Below, in pieces: positions 8,497 to 18,413 of a stretch of DNA of 32,000 bases. This DNA is from Acaryochloris marina S15. Its GTDB lineage: Bacteria > Cyanobacteriota > Cyanobacteriia > Thermosynechococcales > Thermosynechococcaceae. The stretch's first letter is position 1, and each line of letters begins with the position of its first letter. The notes beneath the pieces were generated by a model, which had not been told where the DNA came from, searched no databases, and saw only the letters and a list, made by a program, of their open reading frames with translations. The stretch is taken from positions 240,001-272,000 of the forward strand of contig NZ_CP064923.1 of assembly GCF_018336915.1 (NCBI RefSeq), read 5' to 3'. Position numbers and translations under genes: made by a program.

Positions 8497-10194
8497 ATGA
8501 CCGATCATACCCGTCTAGCAGAGCAGTTACGGCAACTGGATGGCAAAGGCTATAAAGCCTACAAATCCATCCGAGGTGAGTACTATTTTCCCCAATTCAC
8601 GCTCAAAATTGATCGGGTACAGGGCGATCCCTTCGCCAAGCCCAGCCAGTGCCGAGTCCTGATTCCACAGCAAATTGCAGGCTTTCCACCAGAGTCATAC
8701 GCTAATCACAGTCGAGAAGTGGGACTACGGGATTTCTTAACGCGACAGTTTCACCAGCTGACCCAGCAGAGACAGCGTCGTTCGGGAACCGGAAATAGTG
8801 GATTGATTGCCATTGCTCAGCCGGGACCAGAAATCCTAGAGCGTACAACAGCTTTTATTAGTGACGAGCAGGTAGAACTCCGTTTTTGGATTGGTTTACC
8901 GGCTCAGGGACGCCGTATAGATGGTTGGCAGGCCGCTGATTTGCTCTGTGAACAGATTCCTGAGCTGGTTGAGGGCATGCTGTATCCTCAATTGTCCACT
9001 CAGCATCTCCAGCACCATATTGATACCCATGAAGATGCCGACTGGTTGAGACAGCAATTGTCTGCCCAGGGATTAGTGGCCTTTGTCGCCGATGGTGCTA
9101 TTTTGCCTCGCCAGAGCGGGATTGATACTCGTCCTTTAGAGTCTGCCACGCCCTTTCAATCACCGGCATCATTACGGGTTGAATTTTCCTGTCCCCATCA
9201 CGGGTTGATTACGGGTATGGGCATTCCTAAAGGCATTACTTTGATTGTTGGGGGGGGCTATCATGGCAAATCAACGCTACTGAAAGCCTTAGAGCTAGGC
9301 ATTTACAATCACATTCCAGGAGATGGGCGCGAGTATGTGGTTACCCATGCGGATGCGGTCAAAATTCGGGCAGAGGAAGGACGTCCGGTGACGGGATTAG
9401 ATCTGTCTCCATTTATTAACCATCTTCCCCATCAACAGACCACGACTCAGTTTTATACGACAAATGCTAGTGGCAGTACCTCTCAGGCAGCCAATATCAT
9501 CGAAGCTTTGGAGCTAGAGGCCCAAGTCTTATTGATTGACGAAGATACCACCGCTACCAATTTGATGATTCGCGATCGCAGAATGCAATCCCTAATTGCC
9601 AAAGACCAAGAACCGATCACCCCGTTCATCGATCAAATCCGCCCCCTATATGAGGATCACGGGGTTTCCAGTATTTTGGTGATGGGGGGCAGTGGAGATT
9701 ACTTTGAAGTGGCTGATACGGTGATTGCCCTATCTGCGTATCGCCCTGAAAACGTGACGGAGCAAGCGCTTGCGATCGCAGCTCAGTATCCAAGCGATCG
9801 CATCTGCGAAGCGGCCCAACTTATCGGTAATCGCCAGCCTCGAAGGCTGCAGCTCAAACCTAGCTCCCTAGAGTGGAAAGGCCGACCCGCCAAGGTTAAA
9901 GTCCATGAGTTACGGGAAATTATTGTAGGTCGCGAAGCCATTGATCTGAGCCAAGTTGAACAGCTTGTGGAGTCCGGGCAACTGCGTGGGATCGCAGCCG
10001 CTATTCTGTATTTGCATGACTCTCCACCGACTGATCTAAATTTTGCGGCTGCGATCCAAGCAATCTTGTCACAACTCTCTACAGAAGGTTTATCTACCCT
10101 CAGTTCCTTTCCAGAAGGAGATTTTGTCGCGTTTCGCAGGTTTGAACTGGCCGCAGCCCTGAACCGTTGGCGTGACCTTAGTCTAGAAGATTAG
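8497..10194 (+). CDS. ABC-ATPase-domain protein of unknown function (COG3044 / PF09818-like, MRB1590-like)
   Basis: Walker A GGGYHGKSTLLKALE, Walker B LLIDEDT, and a family-typical N-terminus (LDGKGYKAYKSIRGEYYFPQFTLKIDRVQGDPFAKPS). The ORF-track start at 8482 is TTG. I prefer the ATG at 8497 (MTDHTRL), giving 565 aa. Confidence 0.78.
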   Translation: MTDHTRLAEQLRQLDGKGYKAYKSIRGEYYFPQFTLKIDRVQGDPFAKPSQCRVLIPQQIAGFPPESYANHSREVGLRDFLTRQFHQLTQQRQRRSGTGNSGLIAIAQPGPEILERTTAFISDEQVELRFWIGLPAQGRRIDGWQAADLLCEQIPELVEGMLYPQLSTQHLQHHIDTHEDADWLRQQLSAQGLVAFVADGAILPRQSGIDTRPLESATPFQSPASLRVEFSCPHHGLITGMGIPKGITLIVGGGYHGKSTLLKALELGIYNHIPGDGREYVVTHADAVKIRAEEGRPVTGLDLSPFINHLPHQQTTTQFYTTNASGSTSQAANIIEALELEAQVLLIDEDTTATNLMIRDRRMQSLIAKDQEPITPFIDQIRPLYEDHGVSSILVMGGSGDYFEVADTVIALSAYRPENVTEQALAIAAQYPSDRICEAAQLIGNRQPRRLQLKPSSLEWKGRPAKVKVHELREIIVGREAIDLSQVEQLVESGQLRGIAAAILYLHDSPPTDLNFAAAIQAILSQLSTEGLSTLSSFPEGDFVAFRRFELAAALNRWRDLSLED

Positions 10195-10402
10195 GCCACC
10201 AGGCAAATTGCCATCTCTACCCAAAGCTCTGTCTCCCCTTCATGACAAAATGGAGCAGAATCAGGATGTTTTCTAAAGCAGGAGCATGGCAATGCTTCAG
10301 TGCTGATCAGGGAAGCAGCCCTGCCACAGATGGGGAGGAGCTAAATTCGGTGATACGACAGTCCAGCTATTTTTGTTCAGGATTCAAGTGAAGAGAGCAT
10401 GG

Positions 10403-10437
10403 GCATACTTTGAGCACTAGGATTGCTCAAAGTATGC
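10403..10437 (+). other. perfect 13-bp inverted repeat (hairpin) in the speD-speE leader
   Basis: GCATACTTTGAGC (10403-10415) and GCTCAAAGTATGC (10425-10437) flank a 9-nt loop. In RNA the stem extends by a G-U and a G-C pair. No U-tract follows on either strand. Confidence 0.6.
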
Positions 10438-10552
10438 TCTAAGACTGTGATGGAAATGCTTTTGATGGGAGATTGCTGCCCGTTGAGGCCCAGGGAGCGT
10501 TTGTTCGCTGTCCACTGATGCTTAAATATTCTCTCCACTCTCTTCAAACCTT

Positions 10553-11851
10553 ATGAATTCACTTGGAAGACATATCTTAGTTGAGTTTTACGGGGGTTCT
10601 GCCGAAGTCCTGAACGATGTTCTCCTGATCGAAACCAACATGTTGAGCGCGGCCAAGGAGTCGGGAGCCACGATTATTACCTCCCAATTTCATCGGTTTC
10701 CGCCCATTGGAGTGTCTGGGTTTATCGTCCTCCAAGAAAGCCATTTTGCCATTCATACCTGGCCGGAGTATGGCTACGCTGCCCTGGACTTATTTACCTG
10801 TGGCATGTCCGTTAACCCTTGGATCGCCTATGAAATCCTCAAAGAAGCCTTTCAAGCCGATCATGGGTCTGCTTTAGAGTTGAACCGAGGCCAACTCCAT
10901 TTACTGGAAACAGAAAATGTAGATTTTAAGCGTCCCGAAGAGGTGGCTGCCTACGAATATTCTGATCCACAGGAAAAACGCACCGTTTGGTTCACAGATC
11001 GCAATGACAATATTGCTTTATCCATTCGACATCGAGGCGGCTGGATCTTCCGGGAAAAGTCTCCTTACCAAACTGTAGAAGTTCTCGACACCTTTGAATA
11101 CGGCAAAATGCTGGTGATCGACAATATGGTCATGTGCAGCGAAGGCGATGAAAAAGCCTATCACGAGATGATTGTCCATGTGCCGATGCTCACTCATCCC
11201 GCTCGAAAAGTGTTGGTGATTGGCGGAGGCGATGGCGGTAGTGTGCGAGAAATTCTTCGCCATCCCCAAGTAGAAGAAGTCACCCTAGTTGAGATTGATC
11301 AGGTGGTGATTAAAGCTGCCAGAGAGCATCTCCCCACCCTGTCTTCAGCCTTAGATCATCCCAAACTGAACCTGCTGATTGGCGATGGTATCGAGTATCT
11401 AGCAGCGGCAGCCGATGAATCCTATGACCTGATTATTATTGATTCCTCCGACCCAGTCGGATGCTCTGCACCCCTATTTACCAAGGAGTTTTATCTACAG
11501 GTACACCGGGCTTTAAGATCAGGGGGTGTCTTGGTGGCCCAAAGCGAGTCTCCCCGGTTTAATCAGCCCAAATTTGTAGAACTCTATCAAGACTTAGGTG
11601 CAATTTTTGGGGCTGCTCAAGTGCACTGTTATCTAGCCTTTATCTCCACCTATCCCACAGGGATGTGGAGTTTTGCCTACTGCTCTAAAAATGGGCCGCA
11701 TCCGATTCAGGACTTCGACCCACAAAAAGCACAGCAGTTTTCCCAAGACTATCAATTGGCCTACTACAATCCCGGAATCCACCAAGCCGCTTTCTGCTTA
11801 CCGACCTTCGTCAAAGACATGATTACGGTGGAGCAGCCGACACTGGTCTAA
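10553..11851 (+). CDS. speE: bifunctional fusion: pyruvoyl-dependent S-adenosylmethionine decarboxylase proenzyme (SpeH/SpeD type, residues 1 to about 120) + polyamine aminopropyltransferase (SpeE, about 140 to 432)
   Basis: The N-terminus has [11 protein letters not shown] and the self-processing site [25 protein letters not shown]. The C-terminus has [19 protein letters not shown] and [10 protein letters not shown], which are spermidine-synthase motifs. It is a single uninterrupted ORF. Confidence 0.9.
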   Translation: MNSLGRHILVEFYGGSAEVLNDVLLIETNMLSAAKESGATIITSQFHRFPPIGVSGFIVLQESHFAIHTWPEYGYAALDLFTCGMSVNPWIAYEILKEAFQADHGSALELNRGQLHLLETENVDFKRPEEVAAYEYSDPQEKRTVWFTDRNDNIALSIRHRGGWIFREKSPYQTVEVLDTFEYGKMLVIDNMVMCSEGDEKAYHEMIVHVPMLTHPARKVLVIGGGDGGSVREILRHPQVEEVTLVEIDQVVIKAAREHLPTLSSALDHPKLNLLIGDGIEYLAAAADESYDLIIIDSSDPVGCSAPLFTKEFYLQVHRALRSGGVLVAQSESPRFNQPKFVELYQDLGAIFGAAQVHCYLAFISTYPTGMWSFAYCSKNGPHPIQDFDPQKAQQFSQDYQLAYYNPGIHQAAFCLPTFVKDMITVEQPTLV

Positions 11852-11853
11852 TC

Positions 11854-12879
11854 ATGATGACTTTTGACCCCAATGGTGTGGGCCTAGAGAATGGCAATCT
11901 GTTTGGCCTCCCCTTCGATTTTGACAGTGCCCAAATTATTGTCTGGGGCATTCCCTGGGAAGTGACTGTCTCCTACGGTGCTGGAACGGCTCAAGGGCCA
12001 GCAGCGATTCTGCGAGAATCTCCTCAATTGGATTTGTACGATTTTGACAATCCTGGCGGCTGGCAGCAAGGTATTTACCTGGCAGGCATTCCCGAATTTA
12101 TCCAAACCAAAAATGATGAACTAAAAGACACGGCTCAAGCCATTATTGAGCACACCAGTCAAGGCCATTCTGTCGCAGACTCACCAACCTTGATGGCAGC
12201 GCTCACGGAAGTGAATCAGGAATGTCGCCATCTTAATCAGTGGATTTATAAGCAAGCCCAAACGGTTTTGGCCCAAGGAAAACAGCTGGTGCTATTGGGC
12301 GGGGACCATAGTATTCCCTTGGGCTACTTGCAGGCTTTGGCTGAGCACTATGACGAATTTGGCATTCTCCAAATCGATGCCCATTCTGACTTACGCCAAG
12401 CCTATCAAGGGTTTGAATTTTCCCATGCGTCAATCATGACCAATGTGTTGAAACTGCTCCAGGTCACGAAGCTGGTTCAGGTTGGCGTTCGAGATGTTTG
12501 TGCTGCTGAAGTCGAAACCGTAGCCCAGTCCCAGGGACGAATTGTGACCTACTACGATCCAGACCTGAAGACACAACTTTATCAAGGTGAGACGTGGCAT
12601 TCCCTCTGCCAAAAGATGGTGAAGCATCTCCCGCAGCAGGTCTACATTAGCTTTGATGTCGATGGTTTAGATCCTAAGTTATGCCCACACACGGGTACGC
12701 CAGTACCTGGTGGTTTGGAGTTAGAAGCAGCTTTTCATTTGTGTCGAACGATTGTTCACAGTGGGCGATCGCTGATTGGCTGTGATATCTGTGAAGTGGG
12801 TGATGGGGTGTGGGATGGCAATGTAGGAGCGCGAATTCTCTACAAGCTCTGTAATTTGATGGGGCTATCTCAATCTTGA
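11854..12879 (+). CDS. speB: agmatinase / ureohydrolase (arginase family) protein
   Basis: 341 aa with Mn-ligand motifs GGDHSI, QIDAHSDLR and SFDVDGLDP. The ATG lies 2 nt after the upstream stop, so an operon is likely. The substrate (agmatine or aminopropylagmatine) cannot be determined from sequence. Confidence 0.82.
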   Translation: MMTFDPNGVGLENGNLFGLPFDFDSAQIIVWGIPWEVTVSYGAGTAQGPAAILRESPQLDLYDFDNPGGWQQGIYLAGIPEFIQTKNDELKDTAQAIIEHTSQGHSVADSPTLMAALTEVNQECRHLNQWIYKQAQTVLAQGKQLVLLGGDHSIPLGYLQALAEHYDEFGILQIDAHSDLRQAYQGFEFSHASIMTNVLKLLQVTKLVQVGVRDVCAAEVETVAQSQGRIVTYYDPDLKTQLYQGETWHSLCQKMVKHLPQQVYISFDVDGLDPKLCPHTGTPVPGGLELEAAFHLCRTIVHSGRSLIGCDICEVGDGVWDGNVGARILYKLCNLMGLSQS

Positions 12880-12937
12880 AACCTTCGCTTGTTTCCATAG
12901 TCAAAAAGACAGGTGGTTTCAAGTATTGCAATCTTCC

Positions 12938-14542
12938 ATGACTCGATTGAATCGTCGCCAATTTCTACTTGCAACTGGGACAGCTCTGCTAGCAGGCCCT
13001 TCCAAAACTTTAAGTCAAACCCCTGCTGCATCTCCTCTTTCTAACCAAACTCAAACTGTCATTTCTCGAATCCAAAATATTCGATTTTCGACCTTGGGGA
13101 AGATTTATCATGCTGCCAATGACCAGGATCGAACCGGGATGGGGATTTGGCCTTGTCGAACTTGCAAAGGCCCTATTAAAGATTGCCAAGAAGAGGATCA
13201 GCGGTCTGAGAAGATTTATCTTCCCTTTATGATGGCTCCTCGTCGTCAGACAGACATGATGGTCCGACAAGCCTATCACCTACTGCCAGAAACCATACGT
13301 CGCCAAACTGCTTTTGTGCTGACAGATCGCCTGGTGCAATATCCCGAGGATTATCTTCCCTATCTTCAACAAAAACAGCAGGTTGTTTTAGTCGGCAGTT
13401 TTGTGGGTATCGATAATGCTCGCAGTGTTGCAGAGTTTCCTCAGTGGCTCATTCAGCTACATCACCTGGAACTATTGCAAGTAGAAATCTGCATTGATTT
13501 GATCCATAGCTTGGGTAAACCTATTGTCGATATTGTCTATGCCCTGGGAGATTCTCCCTCTGAGTTTGCTCCTACCTTTCGACAACAGATGGAAGCCAAA
13601 CTTCATAGGATTTTGGACAGTAAAGAGCTGAAACAGCTACAGCGACCCTTGGCATGGGGCGCAGATGAGGTGATGCTGAAAGCCTTTGCTCGACGTTTAC
13701 CACCGCTCAGACTCAAAGCCCATATAGCCAGCCCAAATGCGCGGCACCATTATGATGGCCAAGCAACCACGGCAGCCATTTTGCAGTTAGCTATGACGGA
13801 AGTAGGCCTGACCGCAACTGAGGACGACTCTTTTGATATCCAAGCCTTAATCTTTGGTCGTCATCCACAAGCATCTGCCTTTGCCTATCAGCCCAATGAT
13901 GAACAACAACAAGCCTTGGATCAACAATTTGCCCAGCGACTCCAGAATGTACCCACCGATCTGTATTCCAAGACCCTGATTATTGATGCCAGAATTCCCA
14001 ATGGCGCATGGGATACCCAGTGTATTCCGCCCTCTGCTGATTTTCTGGCGTTTGGCTCTTGGGGAACCTTTACCAATTCCTGTGCTCAAACCCTTGAGAT
14101 CGCAAAACTACTACACTATGCCCAACGTCCCACCATCCAGCGTCAGCTCCTCTTAGAAGCCATTGCCCATGATGTTTTTACGATTGGCTACGCCGAAGCC
14201 CGTCATCACAATTCTCCCTTACGAAAACAGCTTCAATCCGTAGGGTTACGCTATGACGATACCTGTTACACCACGGCAATAGAGGTAGAACAAGTTTTTG
14301 AGGTGATCAATACTTCTGTAAATAAGCGTATCGTGATGGTTGCACCGCAGTTGGGGCCTGCGACTTTTAAGGTTATTCCTCAACTATGGCGAACTTTTGA
14401 AAGTCAGGTGTGTCTGGAAGGTAGCGAAGGTGCGATCGCAGGTGTCTATCGCACCGATCTAAACCCAGCTACTTTCAACCCCTTTCAATTTATATCTAAC
14501 GTCCAAAAATTTACGTTAACAGAATTAAATCAGGAGTTCTGA
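12938..14542 (+). CDS. hypothetical Tat-signal protein (534 aa)
   Basis: Twin-arginine leader MTRLNRRQFLLATGTALLAGPS. The ORF-track start at 12926 is TTG. I prefer the ATG at 12938. No catalytic family recognised. Confidence 0.65.
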   Translation: MTRLNRRQFLLATGTALLAGPSKTLSQTPAASPLSNQTQTVISRIQNIRFSTLGKIYHAANDQDRTGMGIWPCRTCKGPIKDCQEEDQRSEKIYLPFMMAPRRQTDMMVRQAYHLLPETIRRQTAFVLTDRLVQYPEDYLPYLQQKQQVVLVGSFVGIDNARSVAEFPQWLIQLHHLELLQVEICIDLIHSLGKPIVDIVYALGDSPSEFAPTFRQQMEAKLHRILDSKELKQLQRPLAWGADEVMLKAFARRLPPLRLKAHIASPNARHHYDGQATTAAILQLAMTEVGLTATEDDSFDIQALIFGRHPQASAFAYQPNDEQQQALDQQFAQRLQNVPTDLYSKTLIIDARIPNGAWDTQCIPPSADFLAFGSWGTFTNSCAQTLEIAKLLHYAQRPTIQRQLLLEAIAHDVFTIGYAEARHHNSPLRKQLQSVGLRYDDTCYTTAIEVEQVFEVINTSVNKRIVMVAPQLGPATFKVIPQLWRTFESQVCLEGSEGAIAGVYRTDLNPATFNPFQFISNVQKFTLTELNQEF

Positions 14543-14557
14543 CAGTAGATCTGTTGT

Positions 14558-16006
14558 CTAGAGTTTGGGGGCTTCCTTATGCCATTCTGTCGATTGCTCA
14601 TAAGCATAGGCAGCTTGTAGCACCTGATCTTCCCGTAAGACATTACCAACAATTTGTAATCCGATTGGTAATCCTTGGTCATCAAAGCCACAGGGAAGAC
14701 TTAGACCCGGTAAGCCTGCCAGATTCACTGGAATGGTCATTAAGTCAGAGAGATACATGCTTAAAGGATCAGCCGTTTTCTCTCCTGCTTTAAATGCTGT
14801 TGTTGGGGTTGTGGGACAGGCCAAAACATCCACGCTCTCAAACGCCTTCTCAAAGTCTTCCTTGATTAACGTGCGGACCTTTTGAGCTTTTAAGTAGTAA
14901 GCATCGTAATATCCTGCAGATAGGGCGTAGGTGCCGATCATAATTCGACGCTTAACCTCAGTCCCAAACCCTTCTGCCCGAGTATGGGTATACATGGACA
15001 TCAGATCCTCTGGATCTTCGGTTCGGTAGCCGTACTTCACACCATCGTAGCGGGCTAGGTTTGCAGAAGCTTCCGACGGGGCAATCACATAGTAAGTGGG
15101 TAATCCGTAGCGGAAGCGTGGACAAGAAATTTCTTGGACCTCAGCACCGAGTTCACCTAACTGGTCTATCGCTTTGCGGACCGCTTGTTCTACAACCGAA
15201 TCAAGTCCTTCTCCAAAGGTTTCGGTGATGATGCCTACCTTTTTCCCTTTAAGGTCAGGAATCAAAGACTTGGAATAATCAGGGATTTCTATCTTAAGGC
15301 TAGTAGAGTCACGGGCATCATAGCCCGCTATTTCCTGCAGGAGAATGGCTGCATCTTCAACCGTGCGCCCAAAGGGACCAATTTGATCTAAAGACGAAGC
15401 ATAAGCCACCAGGCCAAAGCGAGATACTAATCCGTAGGTAGGCTTGAGGCCAACCACACCACAGAGGGCTGCTGGCTGACGAATGGAGCCACCGGTATCA
15501 GACCCAATAGACACCACACATTCATCAGCGGCCACTGCAGCAGCTGACCCACCAGACGATCCGCCCGGCACTCGCGACACATCCCAAGGATTGCCAGTGA
15601 CTTGGTAGGCAGAGTTCTCCGTCGAGCTGCCCATGGCAAATTCATCCAGGTTGGTTTTACCCACCATGACTGCCCCCGCAGCCGCCAACTTTTGGGTTAC
15701 TGTAGACTCGTAAGGGGGGATAAAGTTTTGAAGGATTTTTGATCCACAAGTGGTAGCAATTCCTTTGGTACACATATTATCTTTGATACCAATGGGAATT
15801 CCCGCTAGTAAACCAATCTCTTCCCCCGCAGCTAACTTAGCATCGACCTGTTTAGCTTGGGCGAATGCTTGGTCAGCAGTAATGGCCAAAAAACTATGGA
15901 GTTTGGGTTCTAATTGATGAATGGTTTCCAGGGCTGCTTCGGTAATTTCGTGGGCTGATCGTTCTTTAGCGATCAACTCTTGATGCAACGCTCGGATGGA
16001 TGCCAT
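14558..16006 (-). CDS. gatA: Asp-tRNA(Asn)/Glu-tRNA(Gln) amidotransferase subunit A
   Basis: Amidase signature [13 protein letters not shown] with full-length GatA-like sequence. I chose the internal ATG at 16006 ([12 protein letters not shown], 482 aa). The 533-aa ORF-track version overlaps the GH57 start by about 100 nt and adds a non-homologous extension. Confidence 0.93.
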   Translation of the reverse strand: MASIRALHQELIAKERSAHEITEAALETIHQLEPKLHSFLAITADQAFAQAKQVDAKLAAGEEIGLLAGIPIGIKDNMCTKGIATTCGSKILQNFIPPYESTVTQKLAAAGAVMVGKTNLDEFAMGSSTENSAYQVTGNPWDVSRVPGGSSGGSAAAVAADECVVSIGSDTGGSIRQPAALCGVVGLKPTYGLVSRFGLVAYASSLDQIGPFGRTVEDAAILLQEIAGYDARDSTSLKIEIPDYSKSLIPDLKGKKVGIITETFGEGLDSVVEQAVRKAIDQLGELGAEVQEISCPRFRYGLPTYYVIAPSEASANLARYDGVKYGYRTEDPEDLMSMYTHTRAEGFGTEVKRRIMIGTYALSAGYYDAYYLKAQKVRTLIKEDFEKAFESVDVLACPTTPTTAFKAGEKTADPLSMYLSDLMTIPVNLAGLPGLSLPCGFDDQGLPIGLQIVGNVLREDQVLQAAYAYEQSTEWHKEAPKL

Positions 16007-16057
16007 GCAGCAAATCCTTTTGTTCAAAATGTGCCAGTCCTCAGTATACGGTGACCT

Positions 16058-18289
16058 ATGACTCACCCGCTTTATATCGCCTTTATTTGGCATCAGCATC
16101 AGCCTCTCTATAAAAGCCGAGTCACCGGCAAATACCGACTTCCTTGGGTTCGGTTGCATGGGACTAAGGATTATTTAGATTTAGTTCTGTTGCTGAGCCG
16201 CTATCCCAAATTGCATCAAACCGTTAACTTGGTGCCATCGCTGCTCATGCAGATCGAAGACTATGTGGCGGGGACCGCCGTTGACCCTTATTTAGAAGTG
16301 GCGACTCTTCCCACAGAACAGCTGACGCCAGAGCAACATCAATTTATTGCCCAGCATTTCTTTGATGCCCATCACCAAACCTTGGTTGATCCCCATCCTC
16401 GCTATGCAGAACTGTTTGGTCAAAAGCAGGACAAAGGGGAAGCCTGGTGTCTAGAAAACTGGACGGCCCAAGACTATGGGGATTTATTGGCCTGGCATAA
16501 TCTAGCCTGGATTGATCCTCTCTTTTGGGATGACCCGGATATTGCCCGATGGTTGAAACAAGATCGCAATTTTAGCCTGCAAGATCGCAAAGATATTATC
16601 GAAAAGCAGCGCCAGATCCTGAGTCGCATTGTGCCCCAACATCGGCAGATGCAAGACGACGGCCAGCTAGAGGTGATGACGACTCCTTACACCCACCCCA
16701 TTTTGCCCCTGTTAGCCGATACCGATGCGGGACGCGTGGCAGTTCCCCATATGGATTTACCGGAAGCCCAATTCCAATGGCCAGACGATATCCCTCGCCA
16801 CTTGAAAAAGGGATGGGAGATGTATGAGGAACGATTCGGACGATCTCCTCGCGGACTATGGCCCTCTGAGCAGTCCGTGAGTCCTAGTATTTTGCCCCAT
16901 GTCGCTAAGCAGGGCTTCAACTGGCTTTGTTCTGATGAGGCCGTTTTGGGATGGACCACTCATCATTTCTTCCATCGGGATGAACAGGGCAATGTCTATG
17001 AGCCTGAGATTCTATATCAGCCTTATCGCTTAAGTACCTACGAAGGCGATCTGTCGATTGTCTTTCGGGATCACCGATTGTCCGATCTGGTGGGCTTCAC
17101 CTATAGCGCTATGCAGCCGGAAGAAGCAGCTTCTGATTTAGTGGGGCATCTACATGCGATCTCAAACACCCTCATCGACCGCCAACCCGAAGAAGGAACC
17201 GCTCTGGCCAAGCCCTGGCTGGTGACTATTGCCCTTGATGGCGAAAACTGCTGGGAGTACTACGAACGAGACGGCATCCCTTTTCTAGAAAGCCTCTATC
17301 AAAAGCTCAGTGAGATTGATGACCTCAAACTCGTCACCGTCTCTGAATACCTAGAACAGTTTCCGCCCCAAGAGACCCTACCGACGACTAAGCTCCATAG
17401 TGGATCTTGGGTAGATGGCAGTTTCACCACTTGGATTGGTGATCCTGTCAAAAATCGAGCCTGGGATTTATTGACAGAGGCCAGAAAAACTTTAGAAAAG
17501 CATCCCGAAGCTACCGAAGAGCAAAACCCAGATGCCTGGGAAGCTTTATATGCAGCAGAAGGCTCCGATTGGTTTTGGTGGTTTGGTGAAGGACATTCCT
17601 CGAATCAAGATGAGATTTTTGATCAGCTTTTTCGGGAGCATTTAGTCGCCCTCTATCAAGCCTTAGAGGAGCCCGTTCCTGAAGTCCTTCAGTATCCCCT
17701 GGAAGAACATCAATCAACGGCAGATCATCGTCCCCAAAGCTTTATCCATCCAGTGATCAACGGGGTTGTGGATGAACAAGATTGGGACCATGCGGGGCGA
17801 ATTACCATCGCTGGTTCTAGGGGGACGATGCATCGTAGCAGCACCATCCAACGCCTTTGGTATGGGCTGGATCACCTGAATTTCTATATGCGATTTGATT
17901 TTCAGGTGGGTAAAAAACCGGGGGTTGATTCTCCCCCAGAACTGCACTTGTTGTGGTTCTATCCGGGACAAACCATGAATAATAGCCTGATTCCTCTAGG
18001 CCAAGTTCCCGATCAAAGCCCTCTCAACTACCGATATCATCATCATCTGGGCATTAATCTCACCAATCATGATATTTGGCTAGAAGAAGCCGCTGACCAT
18101 GACCAATGGCACGGTCGGTCCCATCATGTACAACTTGGCCTCGATCAATGCCTAGAAATCGCAGTGCCATGGAGCGATTTACATCTAGAGCCTGATTGGC
18201 CTGTGGAACTGGTTGTGATTTTATCCAAGCAGGGTGAGTTTGTGGAGCACCTCCCTGAGAATATGTTGGTGCCACTACAGGTGCCCTAA
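16058..18289 (+). CDS. glycoside hydrolase family 57 protein (alpha-glucan-active)
   Basis: 743 aa with GH57 blocks [30 protein letters not shown] and [11 protein letters not shown]. Confidence 0.88.
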   Translation: MTHPLYIAFIWHQHQPLYKSRVTGKYRLPWVRLHGTKDYLDLVLLLSRYPKLHQTVNLVPSLLMQIEDYVAGTAVDPYLEVATLPTEQLTPEQHQFIAQHFFDAHHQTLVDPHPRYAELFGQKQDKGEAWCLENWTAQDYGDLLAWHNLAWIDPLFWDDPDIARWLKQDRNFSLQDRKDIIEKQRQILSRIVPQHRQMQDDGQLEVMTTPYTHPILPLLADTDAGRVAVPHMDLPEAQFQWPDDIPRHLKKGWEMYEERFGRSPRGLWPSEQSVSPSILPHVAKQGFNWLCSDEAVLGWTTHHFFHRDEQGNVYEPEILYQPYRLSTYEGDLSIVFRDHRLSDLVGFTYSAMQPEEAASDLVGHLHAISNTLIDRQPEEGTALAKPWLVTIALDGENCWEYYERDGIPFLESLYQKLSEIDDLKLVTVSEYLEQFPPQETLPTTKLHSGSWVDGSFTTWIGDPVKNRAWDLLTEARKTLEKHPEATEEQNPDAWEALYAAEGSDWFWWFGEGHSSNQDEIFDQLFREHLVALYQALEEPVPEVLQYPLEEHQSTADHRPQSFIHPVINGVVDEQDWDHAGRITIAGSRGTMHRSSTIQRLWYGLDHLNFYMRFDFQVGKKPGVDSPPELHLLWFYPGQTMNNSLIPLGQVPDQSPLNYRYHHHLGINLTNHDIWLEEAADHDQWHGRSHHVQLGLDQCLEIAVPWSDLHLEPDWPVELVVILSKQGEFVEHLPENMLVPLQVP

Positions 18290-18319
18290 GGGCTGGCTAA
18301 GCTTCTAGCACAGCAGATT

Positions 18320-18358
18320 GCAAAGCCCCCAGAGCTGAAATAGTTCTGGGGGCTTTGC
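18320..18358. terminator. hairpin between convergent GH57 and amt copy 1 (possible bidirectional terminator)
   Basis: Perfect 14-bp stem, GCAAAGCCCCCAGA (18320-18333) with TCTGGGGGCTTTGC (18345-18358), and an 11-nt loop. It lies 31 nt after the GH57 stop and 56 nt after the amt stop. The U-tract is weak on both strands. Confidence 0.5.
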
Positions 18359-18413
18359 ATGATGAATGATCAGATTCAGTAAACCCAGTTTATAGGTTTA
18401 GCACAAGGGAGTT

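Noticed and set aside
10195-10552. Known riboswitch (SAM, or guanidine/ykkC) in the polyamine operon leader
   Set aside because: I could not recognise any conserved core sequence of these classes. Only a generic hairpin is present. An Infernal/Rfam scan would be needed to exclude them formally.
16007-16159. 51-codon N-terminal extension of the gatA ORF (533-aa version) overlapping the GH57 start
   Set aside because: The extension ([14 protein letters not shown]...) has no GatA homology and overlaps the divergent GH57 gene by about 100 nt. The ATG at 16006 gives a canonical 482-aa GatA.
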